Shown here piece after piece: positions 1 through 13,387 of a stretch of 64,000 nucleotides of DNA. The stretch comes from Octopus bimaculoides (Eukaryota). The stretch is from positions 100,783,703 to 100,847,702 of the forward strand of contig NC_068987.1 of the NCBI RefSeq assembly GCF_001194135.2, read 5' to 3'. The notes under the pieces are model-generated. The model was not told the origin of the DNA, did not search any database, and saw only the letters and a program-made list of their open reading frames with translations. Each line of letters begins with the position of its first letter. Position 1 is the stretch's first letter. The translations under genes and the position numbers were made by a program.

Positions 1-150
1 TACAAGAAAAAAGAAAGCTTTTCTCTATACACAAGAAAAAAGAAAGCTTTTCTCTATACACAAGAAAAAAGAAAGCTTTTCTCTATACTCAAGAAAAAAG
101 AAAGCTTTTCTCTATACACAAGAAAAAAGAAAGCTTTTCTCTACTCACAA
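1..150. repeat. 29-bp minisatellite, about 5 copies
   Basis: Unit CAAGAAAAAAGAAAGCTTTTCTCTATACA starts at 3, 32, 61, 90 and 119 (period 29). The last copy diverges near its end and runs into CAAGGAGGCGGC at 148. Confidence 0.97.
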
Positions 151-720
151 GGAGGCGGCAAAATACAAAACAGAAACAAACTACACTGACACACTGACCC
201 CAGATGACAACAGAGCAGAAATGATCGGGGAGACAAAAAAAAAACATAAAAATGAATTACAAGAAGAAAAGGAGAGAAAAACCACTTCATGACTAACATC
301 CAACAAGTCTTGACAGGAAGGAGGTGAGCCTAAATAAAAGCTAAGAACGGCTCAAAAGCTATGGACTAAAAGCCGAAACGAAAGGATTGATTCTCGCTGC
401 CCAAGACCAATGCCTGACTACAAACAATTATAAAACCAAAATTATGAAAACAAGCCTGAACACCAGATGTAGAATGTGCAACCAGCACAATGAGAGAGTT
501 GAACACATCATCTCGGTTTGCCCAGTCTTTGCCAAGTCTGAATATGTATACAGACAAGACAGAGTAAGCGCTTATATGTATTGGACAGTATACCAATATT
601 ACAACATCAAAACTGACCACAGGTGGTATATGTATGAACCAAGCAAGGTACAAAACGACGATCTGGCCACAATCATCTGGAATAAGCCGGTTACAATCGA
701 CAAAGAAATAAGAATAGTTC
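120..720 (+). mobile_element. R4/Dong-type non-LTR retrotransposon, 3' fragment (post-thumb region, CCHC knuckle, start of RLE endonuclease), degraded
   Basis: Translation gives LKAET-GLILAAQDQCLTTNNYK...RCRMCNQHNERVEHIISVCPVFAKSEYVYRQDRV..., the AAQDQ plus C-x2-C-x7-H-x4-C signature of RLE-clade LINEs. Stops and frameshifts are present upstream. Confidence 0.88.
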
Positions 721-764
721 AGACATAATAGGTGAAGATATAGGTGAATATAATTGGTTGAAAA

Positions 765-1230
765 GTGATATTCTCAAGAAAAGACATAGAAGCATTAATC
801 AAGGCAGCTCAGGATTAATCCATCTGGATAAAATGTGCAAATTGTAGATCAATGATCAACGCTTCTTATTCAGCTTCTGCAATGAACGATAAGACACAGT
901 GACCCACATATTAAGGGAATTTTCCAAACTCGCACAGAAACAGTACAAATCTTTGAGAAATGATAATGTTATAAAGAGCATCCACTGGAAAATGTGTAAG
1001 AAGTATGGACTTCCATTAGAACATAAGTGGTATGAACACGCAACTGAAAACGTGACTGAGATTGATGACGATAAAAATTATTCGGGACTTTCCTATCCAA
1101 AAGGATTATATCCTGGAACATAACAGAGCAGTTATGTTGTTGTTTGAGAAGAGAAAATGGACTTACTACACAATTGATGAGGCTTGTCCCTTTGATACAA
1201 GAATGAAAAGTAAAAGAATTCAAGAAGTTA
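765..1230 (+). mobile_element. Second R4/Dong-type 3' fragment (CCHC to RLE), degraded
   Basis: ALIKAAQD, then THILREFSKLAQKQYKSLRNDNVIKSIHWKMCKKYGL...KWYEH, then IIRDFPIQKDYILEHNR...IDEACPFDTR (decayed PD..D motif region). Confidence 0.85.
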
Positions 1231-1269
1231 TATATATATATACATATATGAGCATATCAGAAAAGAATT

Positions 1270-1960
1270 CGCAACAATTGGGATTAGAGCCATAGGAAAG
1301 AAGGGAAGAGTTTCAAGGACTGGGCTGAAAAGATTTGTTTGTAGAAGCACATGCAACTTGCTAGGTTGTTAGTAATGGCAAAGATCATTGCAAAGCTCTT
1401 GGATCGTTAAGTGTGTAGGAGTGCTAGTTTCTGTGTTTCTTCCACAAGTCTTCTCGTTTTTAATCTTGAACCATGCTTTCCATTTTTAAATCGTTTTCCT
1501 TTTCCCCCTCGTCTAAGATCCATTCTGAAAGATTTTCCAAACTCTTTTCCTCGCCAGACGAATTTTCACAGTCAGAGAAGAGGAGCAGTAAGTTTGCAAA
1601 GTCATGTATTTCTAAGCAGGTGGCCTGGTCGATTTGTGCGAATGAAAATTCGTTTGGTTGCAACTGTACAGGTGATGTTATAGTTTCTTTCGTTTAGGGT
1701 AATGGTGCGTGTTTTTGATGTTCAATGGATCTATTTAGCAGTTCCATCTGTTAATGCTGTTTTTGTTTTGGATGCTGCTCCTCTGGGCATCACAGCTGTT
1801 GGCATTGTCATTGGTGTTGTGTGTAATATAATTGCTGATATTGTGTTACATGTATTTGTAGCAGTGATGGTTTTCCTATTCATTCCTTGGAACAGAAAAC
1901 CCTCAAGTGTTTTGTCTCACCATAAATGCGACATCTCATCTTTTTTTTCCCTATAGACTG
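1270..1960 (-). mobile_element. LINE ORF1 relic (probably L1/Tx1 clade) with decayed zinc knuckle
   Basis: The minus strand near 1885-1940 reads RCRIYGETKHLRVFCSKE, comparable to KCYFCGDSGHIRVYCLME in ORF1 at 59.2 kb. A T/N/Q-rich linker follows, then ORF 1460-1663. Confidence 0.5.
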
Positions 1961-3356
1961 TTACGAATAGCTGTGTACCATTAGCAAGATTGATCAGATG
2001 AGGGATGACCTCAATATTTCTCTAATCCTTCTGTATCAATAATTCCATTCAAGTACCAGACCAATTTTCCTTCCTCATTTTGTGTACTCGGAAAAGTCAC
2101 TTATACTTTATACCGTATAATATGGTTGTCACCAACAGTGAGAAGTCCACTTCTAGCGGCACTTCTGCTACATTTATTTTAAACACACACCCCTCCCCGC
2201 CGCGATATATGTCGGTATTAGCGACAGTTCCTCAGTTTTGAGTACTGCTACTTCATTTGCTTTGGCATTTTCTTCAGTTAGGATTCTCATCGCAACCGTA
2301 TCAAAGCGTCTCCTACGATCTTCACAAATTTATATCGCCCAGATTATTCTGAGGCTTTTTTTAATCACGGTGTGTGTCGCTCGCTCCCAAATTTGGGATG
2401 TTCATGGCATTGTTGTATTTGCTCATACATGCCATACGGTATAACAGACCTAATGAAAACAACTATAACGAAGTTGCCATTACTGGATAATTACTGAGAA
2501 AATAGCGCATCAGACGGGAAAGGAATTAAAGTTACAGAATAAATATCACATTTCAGTTAGAAAACATTAAATAATAGCTTAAGTAACCAAGTAAATAATG
2601 TCTTAAAACGTTTACTTTCTATCAATACATGACTTGGACACTTTGCCAAGATGCATGTTATGAAGATATTACAGTTACATGAAAAAATGTTACGTTCTAT
2701 ACAATAATTTAAAAGACGAATGACACAGAAAAAAATTTAAATCCGACACGCATTGAAACATATGACATGGGTCTGTTGAAGAGAGTAGATTGATACATAA
2801 TGTTTACAGTGGATGATAATAATAAATCTTCCACCTGGTTGAACGAAGAAAATCTTTCACATTTTTGTTATCCAATTGTTAAGAATCACAAAAGACGCGG
2901 GGCCGTTAAGAATCACAAAAGCTATGGTGGACACATTATCAAGGTCCATTATGAAGTTTTATTTGCTTTCCAATATTTATATCGTTTTAATAGATGCTAA
3001 TAGAATATAGAGATAAACAAGATCATGATTTTCTACGAAATACCTACTCAGAAGATATACAGGATTAGTCAACCTGTAGTGAAACTTATAGATAACTCCA
3101 ATTATGCATATATGAAATATTTCTTGTTTTATTATAATATTTTATTATAATATTTTCATTAATATATCGTAGGGCCTACAAGAAAATACAGAAAGAATTT
3201 ATTTCATTGCTAGAGTTCAAGTCTCATTGTTCAAGAAATTCAATGTTCTTCAGCTTACTTACCTACCAACATACGTACATGCAAATAGATACACACATAT
3301 ACTCACACATACATACACACGTATATATATAGAGAGAAATAGAGATCGCGAGAGAG

Positions 3357-3484
<128 letters not shown>

Positions 3485-4847
3485 ATGAAACTTACTGTAT
3501 GTTATGAGTAAGATCATAACATGGAGTTGACATTTTTCTCGGATACTGCAACACACCACGGGATATTGCTAGCATAATCAGGTTACTGCATTATATTTGA
3601 GTTACGTCAACTACAAGAAATAAGCATTGATTTGATATAGATGACCAGACAGTATTGTAGTGTCCAAACATACAAGACATTGTAAAATCATATTATTGCT
3701 ATACTTGGAAAATACGAAATAGAGAACAAGGACTAAATGTACTTAAAAGAGTTATATTTTCTAGAAAAAAACTTTTTCAATACGTGGTCACTAAGCAAGA
3801 TACTTGTATTAGCTATAGTGATAGGTTTTAGTAGATTCTTTTCATAGTTTATACAAACCTTTGGTCTCTAAACAAGCTATGTTTATGAGATATAGCGATG
3901 CAACTTTTTTGTAGCTTGTAGTTATATATTGAACAAATCTGTCGTCACTGACCAAGTTAAGTGTATTAACGCTATAGAAAGAACTTTTTAATAGATTTCA
4001 ATAGTTTAGGTTATTAGTTACCATGATGTTCAAGACAGAATAACTAAATATATAGCTATACTATAGAGAAAGATGAAGAATTGTTTCAATTTTGCGTCTC
4101 AAATTTATATTGTTTTTATTACGTATGGCAATTTAATATCAATTTGTTAAACTGAAATCGAACCCAGTATCACAAATTACACGGAAAACTATTAATTACA
4201 AGTAGATGATTATGCGGTTTAGAAGCAAATAATAAACAATAGCAATGTACATAGAGCAGTTCGTTTACTTCATTTAAGCTGGAGGTGCAGAGACCAGCGT
4301 TTTAAGCCATACGTTACTTGGGTAGTAGATTACCAAATGGGCAAGTGTTGGACGATGTGAGAGATGAAAGTTATTCAGAAATATAAGCTATGACTTGCAC
4401 GATGGGAGAAGATGATTAGAATTGGTGAATATGCCAGTACTTGAAAGAAAGCAAGATGATTACATGATAAGGTGCAAGATGATTAAATGATAAGGTGCAA
4501 GATGATAAATTAAAAGAAATGATGACAAATAGTAATAACACCAGACAAGTGTGAAGACAGCCACACTCTAAACACAGAAACAAATAAAATTCATTGAGTT
4601 TAGTTGTATAAAATAATGTAAATTTTCAATGAAAGGGAAAAGAAAGAAGTATTTATTCATTAGTATTAAATTAGCTAATATACAAAGTTACACGCACGCA
4701 GAAAGGCACGCACACACTCAGCAGTACCGGAAAAAGACAAGACCAAATGTGCACCATTTCATATAGACGCTTTCTTGTATGCACGTATATAACTGTCGCT
4801 TACTCAAACTCTCTCAGATATTTAAATGCGCATAAATACAAACGCAT

Positions 4848-4882
<35 letters not shown>

Positions 4883-6063
4883 AGTATATACACAGACACA
4901 ATTTAGTGCCTTTTTATATCTACAATCTCTCAGGCAGTAGAGCAGGCAAAGTTATCCGTTATGGAACCCAGCCGGTTTCTCAAACATGATAATCTCATCT
5001 CCCTGTTCCGAAAATATTTTCTAATAGAAAGTGAACAGCGGATACAGTTTAGTATCTTCGCCGTCGCAAGCAATAACGTTAGGAAGTAAAGAGTTGGACA
5101 GGATACTACAAAGCAACTCGCTCGACGTTTTGCCAATTTTCCCCATCCAATATCCTGGATTGGTATTTTATAAGAGGATAGTGAATGAAAATTGAAATTT
5201 CTCTCGATTGAATTTAAAATCCAAAGAGAAGACACCTGGAATAGAAACTTAAAAACGCTTATCAGATTCTAAAATTTTACCAAATTTCAGAGCCCTACTT
5301 TGAGACTTATTCTGTCACAATAATTCAGCTTGCTGATTAAATCAACTTTGTATTTGACTGCTGAATGTCCAATCGCTTTCTTTAGAGCGCATAGGTCGTT
5401 CAGTTGACCGAAGAACTGAATGCGGTTTGTACAAAACTGTAGACAACCTATGTAAACAAAAATTCCTTATACACATGATTATTGGAATTCAACGCGGAAG
5501 ATAACTTGTAGCGATCGCGGCAATCGTGGCAGTCGTGACAAGGGTAGAAAATTCATTGTAAGATAAGACATGAATTTATTTCATACGAAACACAGGCTTC
5601 CATGTTGGCGATAACAGCTTATTTCCTTACGTCTGAAGAAATAAGATGCAGCGTATTGAAAGAAAAAATCCATAGATTTACAGCTGGTCGGCATAGTAAG
5701 TGTTCAACTTAGACACTGACAACCGGCTCGATAACTCTCTGATCGTTTTTACGAACGACTATATGTACTAACTGTGTAGGTCTCATCAACGGTACCTCAT
5801 GCAGATATGTAGAGTTCATTGCAAAGTTTACATGGAGAGGGTGGGCTTATAGTAATTAGAGATTCAAACGTGGATAGTATCGATTGAATCTGATATGTCA
5901 TGAAAGTTGATGGAGTTATTTTATGAGGGTGAATGTATGTAATAGTTGTTAGCATAAAAATAACACTAATTTTAATCCAGGAAAATTTGGTTCCACCTTG
6001 CATTGAATAACAACCGTATTTATCCAAACTATTAGATATCTAAGACAAGTTGTAATACCCTTT

Positions 6064-6385
6064 GCCGTAGTGTGGCGAAATACCTAGGGCACCGAAAAAA
6101 TACCTTGAAGTATTTGTGTTATTTTTACGTTCTAATTTCAGATCCTACGACATGAATTTTGATTTATATCTTGCGGGTTCGACAAAGTGACGACCCTAAG
6201 TTAAGATAGAATGGTTGGATTTCGTAGAGCATCCAAGAAAATTCCTTTTGTGACTTGCCTGGCCCATTTAGGTTCTCATTTCGGCTACGACGACACTAAT
6301 TCCAAACTCAAATCGGCCGTTGGCTGTGGCTAAAACTACTTCGGTGGTAATGTGGTTTGAATCTGCTTCTTGTGCTTCTTAGTCA
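6064..6385 (+). mobile_element. Old tRNA-derived SINE (diverged relative of the SINE at 29.75 kb and 61.8 kb)
   Basis: GGCGAAATACCTAG...GTATTT...TTTACGTTCTAATTTCAGATCC...GGTTCGACAAA aligns by eye to the SINE head/core of 29753-29890 and the reverse complement of 61870-62008. The 3' body is shared with 7793-8130. Confidence 0.6.
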
Positions 6386-6599
6386 CTCTAAGAAGAGCCT
6401 GTATAACTCCAAATTCGATCAAGTGAATTATCTGAAACGTGTGTCTCGATATGCTCTGCAAAATATGCTAGGATACATTTTCATACTTATGGTTACACAG
6501 CGCTTAGCTGAGTGAAACTATCGAAGTATAAGAATTTGACTTAATTGAGGACAACTTCCACGGAGTGGAGGATTGGAGTATTACTGGGTTCGAATATAG

Positions 6600-7000
6600 T
6601 TCGAATATAGTAGAATATAAAATTATGGAAACGCAAAGACTTTACGGACAAAATGCTGTTGGAAAGAGTTACTATTGTACAAAGAAAGTTGACATTAATA
6701 ATGAAGATGAGGACGGAGCACGTATTGCGCACAGATGAAGAATTAGAACATATAGTTGGTGACATTGATGGAAAAATAGATGATAGTTACTAAAGAAGGT
6801 ATAAGTTTGCTGAGGCAGATAGAAAAAAGTATTTTATAAAAAATTACAGACGAAATGGTAGTATGCGGTCATTATTGCCCTTGTATATTCAAGAGAGAAA
6901 CGTGCCTGGGGACCTACGAGGTCTTTAGTATTGAGGCTAAGAGCTCTCCTCAGAGTGAAAGAATATATGAGTTAGTATAGAAGGTGGAGTTGAAAAAATT
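6600..7000 (+). mobile_element. Possible RTE-type LINE 3' relic
   Basis: Translation fragment LRTDEELEHIVGDIDGKI...RRYKFA resembles RTE C-terminal regions. Heavily decayed. Confidence 0.3.
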
Positions 7001-7119
7001 ATAAGACTGTTGATCAATTATTTAACGAAGGACTCCTGGTTTCAAGTGACTGTAACTCAAAACATACGTCAACCCATTGTATAAGATACGGAAATGAAAT
7101 TTTAGTAGTAATAGTAACA

Positions 7120-7177
7120 GCAGCAACAGCAGCAGCAGCAGGCAGTAGTAGTGGTAGTAGTAGTGGTATTAGTAGTG

Positions 7178-7236
<59 letters not shown>
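7120..7236. repeat. (AGC)n/(AGT)n microsatellite
   Basis: Directly visible. Confidence 0.97.
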
Positions 7237-7638
7237 TAGTTCAGAAATAAATATTCTAATTAATGGGCGTTAATTGAATTAACAGAATTAAAAATGCATT
7301 TATATTTGGAGGTGATAATCGATTTGAGACAATTTTGATGTTGTTAACAAAACTTGAGTGAATATTACTAAAATTAATCAACATTATTGTTTTCTCCAAC
7401 AATGATTATTAACTGATCTTTTAATAGTCGATTTAAATCCCTTCATTATTGTTATAACTATAACAAACAAATTAAAATTGTGTTTAGAATTTGCATACGT
7501 TTCAAGTTCTTTATCGAATGATATTATATTATTGATATTACGTCATTTATTACAATCATGTTTTGAAAGGAAAGTGGTATATGGTGGGTAGGGTGTAAAA
7601 GTGTATGTACGTATTTATGTATGTATGTGTGTTTATAC

Positions 7639-7680
<42 letters not shown>

Positions 7681-7792
7681 ACATATGGGTATATCCAACT
7701 ATACAGATGTATTCACACATTCATGCACACACAGAGACAGACACACATATGCATGCATACATATACCGGTGTGGATGGGGCTCTTCTAAAAT

Positions 7793-8130
7793 TGACTGAG
7801 AAGCATACATAAGAAGGAAATTCAAACTACGTCACCATCGAAGTAGAATTAGTGACAAACAACGGCCCATTTGCGTATGGCACTTGTTTGGCACTTGTGC
7901 CCACGGAGCTAAAATCAGACCCTAAGTTGGTCAAACAATCCATGAAAGGAATCTTTTTGAAAGCTCCAAGATATCCAACCATTGGCTCTTACACTAGGGT
8001 TGTTACTTTGCCGAACCTGGCATGATATAAATCAGAATTCATGTCGTAGGATCTGAAATAAGAATGTAAAAATAACGTAAATACCTCAAAATATCTTTTC
8101 AGCCCCCTAAATATTCCAGCACACCACGGC
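7793..8130 (-). mobile_element. Second copy of the old SINE, inverted relative to 6064-6385
   Basis: The reverse complement contains TTATTTTTACATTCTTATTTCAGATCCTACGACATGAATTCTGATTTATATC, nearly identical to about 6118-6170. Similarity extends about 330 bp. Confidence 0.65.
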
Positions 8131-8246
8131 ATATTTTCTATAGACTACTACAATTTGCTTTTCATATTTAATACTACAGTCTAGTTTGGGGGAAATACGC
8201 TTGCCATTTTCAATACTTTTGGCTTCCATGTAAATATAATTGTCTT

Positions 8247-8435
8247 GGTATCAGAAAGTTCCTGGACTTGTTATATTCAATTAAATTAACTTATTTACCT
8301 GTCTTGACATTATCACCTCCGAAAGAGTTACCTTCACCAGTAATATACGGGTACCGGTGTTTCTGCCACTTTTGGAATCCCGCCTTGATATCGTTTTCCG
8401 TAAGCGACTGGAGGACCTTCTGCGATTCGCTCTTG
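8247..8435. mobile_element. Mariner terminal fragment, same family as 36748-37644
   Basis: GGTATCAGAAAGTTCCTGGACT matches the TIR. ...TAACTTATTTACCT...TTTGGAATCCCGCC...AGGACCTTCTGCGATTC aligns to about 36753-36905. Confidence 0.8.
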
Positions 8436-9265
8436 CTTTCGACAAGAAAATATTTGTTTATAAAACAACAGAGAATAATATGTGGATAGCTTCTGCAGAG
8501 GGAGAAGTATCTAAAAGCTTGATACAGGAATTAAAGATAGCGGTTCTAAATTCTACTGCACTTTCGAAAATATATACGAAAGACTTAGAAATAAATGAGT
8601 GTATCTGTTCTCTAGTTAGTGGGGGTGGCAGTGAGATATTTCTAGTTCTGTATGAGTCCCCATATCCAGTAAACTAGTTAACTAATCAGTAAACTATATG
8701 GCCTGCAAACATGCTAGGCTGAATGTAGACGAGGTTAGTGCAAATAGACACGTTACTTTCATATTTGGAAAAATCACTTGAGAATGAGAATCAGATTAAC
8801 TTCAGTTCGCTTAGCCTGTGAAACGTACGTCATTAAAAAGCAAATGATCTCAGGTGAATGATGAGTTGCTTTTCCTTGTGTTTACAACAACATCCTGGAG
8901 ATATTTCTGAGAACAATGCCTCAAACGCGTTTGTTAGTGTGTTGCTATGTATTGTTCGAAAAGAAAAACGTCTTACAAAATAGAATACTACGTCATCTTT
9001 ATAAAAATGATGTCGTTAAAATGTATTTGAAACTCCTGAACAACACCAAAAAAGTAAATTAGCACGAATCTCTCAATTATGGACCTCAAATTATTTTTTA
9101 AAGTTCATTTGCTTTAAAGAATTTTCCACAAAACTAAAAATTCTGCTTACGACAGAGAACATTTTTTTTACTCTACGTTCATTTATATTTATTTGTATAT
9201 TTGTTTTTTGCTTCCTATTTCTGTCTGTCAATTTTTATGCCCGTATCTTTCACACTCATTCTCTC

Positions 9266-9398
<133 letters not shown>

Positions 9399-11038
9399 TC
9401 ATATATATAAACAAACGTACATATATAAGTAAATATGTATGTGTGTGTGTGTGCGTGTGTGTATGTGTATTACGTACATACAAACATTTTCACCATTTTT
9501 ACTCTATTTCCTGTTTTTTTTATATATACGTTTTTCCACTTTTTCTATATTGTCACTGACAATTTCACTCCATCAGTAACAACGGATAAAAACAAAACAA
9601 AAATTGAAATAATACATTTAATCAGTTATATTATTTTGCATTACTTTCAATGACAGCCTGCCAATGCCACAAGATATTTTCAATAACATATGTGTAGAGA
9701 TCCAGATATTTTCAATAATGCACTTGTATACAAATGCCAATTGAACTTCAAGAAAGTCTTCTTTGTTCATCTAAGAGCAAGTCAAGAAACTTCAATTGAA
9801 CCAGGAATGGTGTCCCTCTTTCCAAGCACAGTCCACTACCCTTAACAGCCACACTGTCCCCTCACTTTCAACTTCCTTCCTATCTTGTAGCTCCTCTTCA
9901 ACCAAAACCACTTAGCATTACCCATCTTGCTCTCTTTCCCCTTTCTCCCCCTCTCTCTCTGTGTCTACCTCCCTCTTTACACAGTAATACATGTTTACAT
10001 ACCTGTCTACTCTTCCTCCACCACAAACAACCTTCATTCTTCGCTGCCAATCTATTACTCCTTTTCTCCCTCTCTATTCACCCCCTCTGTTTACTCTCAT
10101 GCATTTCAACATGCCTTTGTATCATCCCTCTGCCATTAAACCAACTTCATTCTTCGAAATTCCCCTTCTCCACCTTACTAGCATCCACAACTGGAAATTT
10201 CCTTCGCTTTAATACTCACTCTCCCCTTTTCTCATTATCTCAATTTCCTTTAGCACTATAGCCCTACCATTCCTAACTTTAACCTCCATTCTCAAATACC
10301 TCAACAACGACCACCTTTCAAATAATACCCCTCCCACCCTATTCATTACCCAGCTCTCCACTTTTCTACTTGTATAAATACCCTGATCGCTCACCTCCTC
10401 CATCTTTCTCAGCTGAGACCCGTTTCTTGCACTTCTTTGCTTCAAATCGATCCAACATATACTTCGGATCACGCAAGTAGCGGGTTCCGAGAGAGGTGAA
10501 TTGTAAATAAATAAATGACAGTAGATAGATAATATGTCAATTCACTACAGCTGTTTCCAACGAATATTTAAATGATTAATGGAGACATTACATCATTAGT
10601 AAAGACCGTTTTCATCAGGTATATACACAAACCACAATATTTACAAACATTAAAAAAATCAGCGGCATGACAATTTCTAAATGTTATGGTTCATGTATTT
10701 ACCTGATTGAAACGTCTTTTTTCTAATAATGCAATACTTCTCTTAAACAATTAAAGAATCGTCAGAAGCAGGGGTAGTGAATTGACACATTATCCATTAG
10801 CTATTATATATANNNNNNNNNNNNNNNNNNNNNNNNNNNNNNNNNNNNNNNNNNNNNNNNNNNNNNNNNNNNNNNNNNNNNNNNNNNNNNNNNNNNNNNN
10901 NNNNNNNNNNNNNNNNNNNNNNNNNNNNNNNNNNNNNNNNNNNNNNNNNNNNNNNNNNNNNNNNNNNNNNNNNNNNNNNNNNNNNNNNNNNNNNNNNNNN
11001 NNNNNNNNNNNNNNNNNNNNNNNNNNNNNNNNNNNNNN

Positions 11039-11085
<47 letters not shown>

Positions 11086-12654
11086 CACATATATACATGT
11101 AGATAGAGAGAAAGGAAAGAATGAAAAGTTTCTGACGATGAATATTCAAGTAAAAAATATAGATATTTTTAGAAATGAACAGAGCAAACTTACACAGAGT
11201 ACAATGACAGAAAATTAAACAAGAGAAGGTATGATTTTACAAGTACGGGAACTGTTTCTGGGGCTCGGAATTAATTCATTGTGTTGGCAGATGTAGATTA
11301 CAAATGTTTTTTTGCATCAGATAGACGTTCTTCGAAATCTAGTTGATACTACAAAGTTTTTCCTAGGCTTATGGTTAAACTGCCCTATGCAGCATCAAAT
11401 AATCGAAAATACCATATTCATAAAATTATTAGTAGAAAGCTGAATCAAGTAATTTTCTTCCCGTAAAAGTAGTGTGTACTTTGTTGTGAAGCATTATACT
11501 AAGAAGAGGAACAGATGGTCTCTACTTTCATAAGTTGGTTTTAAAAATATGTGCTACTACAATCTGCGATAACCTGACTTTTCAAAACTTCCGAAGTTAT
11601 TTCGTTTTCCACCTTTTGCTTAAATCCCTATTAGGGAGAGATTTATTCATTCATTTATTTATTCATTTATATTTGTCTATTAACATCAGCAAATCGAACG
11701 CTTCAGTTTACTACACTACATATATAGGTTTGCCGTAAGTTTTGTTTTTACGTAGAACAATTCCATTTCAGGCATCGTATCAGAAAATATTATACTCATT
11801 TCGACGTTACTTACAATAAAGTAAAGCATTTAGGTTGCTGTCTACTCAGTTACATTATACCAAGACTTTTCATCTCATTGTATAAAGCGATTTGACTGCA
11901 TCCAGGAAGTTATCTTTTCGAGCATGTATCTATTAAGCAACAGACCATTTTTTTCAATACAGCAGCCTCTTTTGCGAGTCTCGTGGCTAGTTTTCATGGA
12001 TGCTGCATAACTCTGTATTTCAAAAGTTATTTATAGATCCTGTAATTTCTTTCATATTTTAGTCGTCTCAAATTTCTGATTGAAAAGTCTTACGAAGAAA
12101 ATCAGGTTTGCTTTATCTAAAGTGCGACTTAAAATTTCACCAGTCACATGAATAAGAATAGCTCCTTTCTTTGGACGTCACCACTTATGTTACTTTCATA
12201 AATCGACACAGTTGATGAGTATCGTTATGATAACTTTGAACGTGAAGTGAAGGACATATATTTTACAGTAAATATTTTCAGAGTTCTTGGCGAGGTGATA
12301 TTTNNNNNNNNNNNNNNNNNNNNNNNNNNNNNNNNNNNNNNNNNNNNNNNNNNNNNNNNNNNNNNNNNNNNNNNNNNNNNNNNNNNNNNNNNNNNNNNNN
12401 NNNNNNNNNNNNNNNNTATATATATACATATATATATATATATATGTATGTATATGGTATTACAGGTCATAACAATACATTGTGATGTAATGCTACTTTT
12501 AAGGCATATATGCATATTCTTTCCCGATGTCTTTAATTCCACCCCAGCTTTAAATGTCAATTATCGTTTCGCATTATTGACATTAGGTACGCTACAAAAG
12601 GAAGGTACTTTGCAGTAAAAGATTAGATTTTCCATGCATGTGTAAATATATATA

Positions 12655-12710
12655 TGGAGGTGCAATGTCCCAGTGGTTAGGGCAGCGAACAGGCGGTCGT
12701 GAAACAATTA
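12655..12710 (+). mobile_element. Truncated tRNA-like SINE head
   Basis: GGAGGTGCAATGTCCCAGTGGTTAGGGCAGCG (A-box-like), comparable to the head at 40163. Ends before the B box. Confidence 0.6.
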
Positions 12711-13314
12711 AAGATTGTATTGTTTAATTTATATGGATGATATCTCTGCTTTACTAATTAACCATTAGAGTAAGTATGTTTTACCTGGACTGCTCTCGAC
12801 CGAAGCTTTCTTTGTGTAATTATTTTGATAGGAATCTGTCGCACAGTCTTTTCGAAGGATTCGAATAGACTGTGCAACGTCTCGTGTCAGAATTTATTTC
12901 AGCTGATTATGATGCAAATAATGCGTGTTTCAGACATACACAGTCACATAATATATAATTAACAGGCATAGTATATAATTGAATGAAATACTACGATAGT
13001 GAAATGTAAAACCATATCAGATGAATATTCGTAATAAGCACCTTAGCATAGAAATTATCATTCGTTCAGAAAGACCCTTAGAATGAAGTTCTAGGTACCT
13101 GACTAACTGCTGTAAAATTCACAGATCATTAGAAAATTGGATATACACTGTTTTACATACAGAGTCTAATTTCTTTCCCTTTTAAACTAAATCTACATAC
13201 ACGTATCCGTAATATATACATAGGAACACTCGCGCACACATATGCGTGCGTGTATGTATGTATGTAGGTATGTATGAGTGTGTATATATGTGTGTGTGCG
13301 TGTGTATGTTTCTC

Positions 13315-13387
<73 letters not shown>

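Noticed and set aside
6130-6200. Strong-looking splice acceptor TTTCAG|ATCC conserved in two copies, suggesting paralogous exons
   Set aside because: All frames stop quickly, substitutions show no third-position bias, and the segment aligns to the SINE core.
8357-8677. 106-aa ORF
   Set aside because: The 5' part is mariner terminal DNA. The rest has no recognisable motif and its length is compatible with chance.
9700-10470. Pyrimidine-rich segment that may be a Penelope or LINE relic
   Set aside because: No diagnostic motif could be read with confidence, so it is left unassigned.
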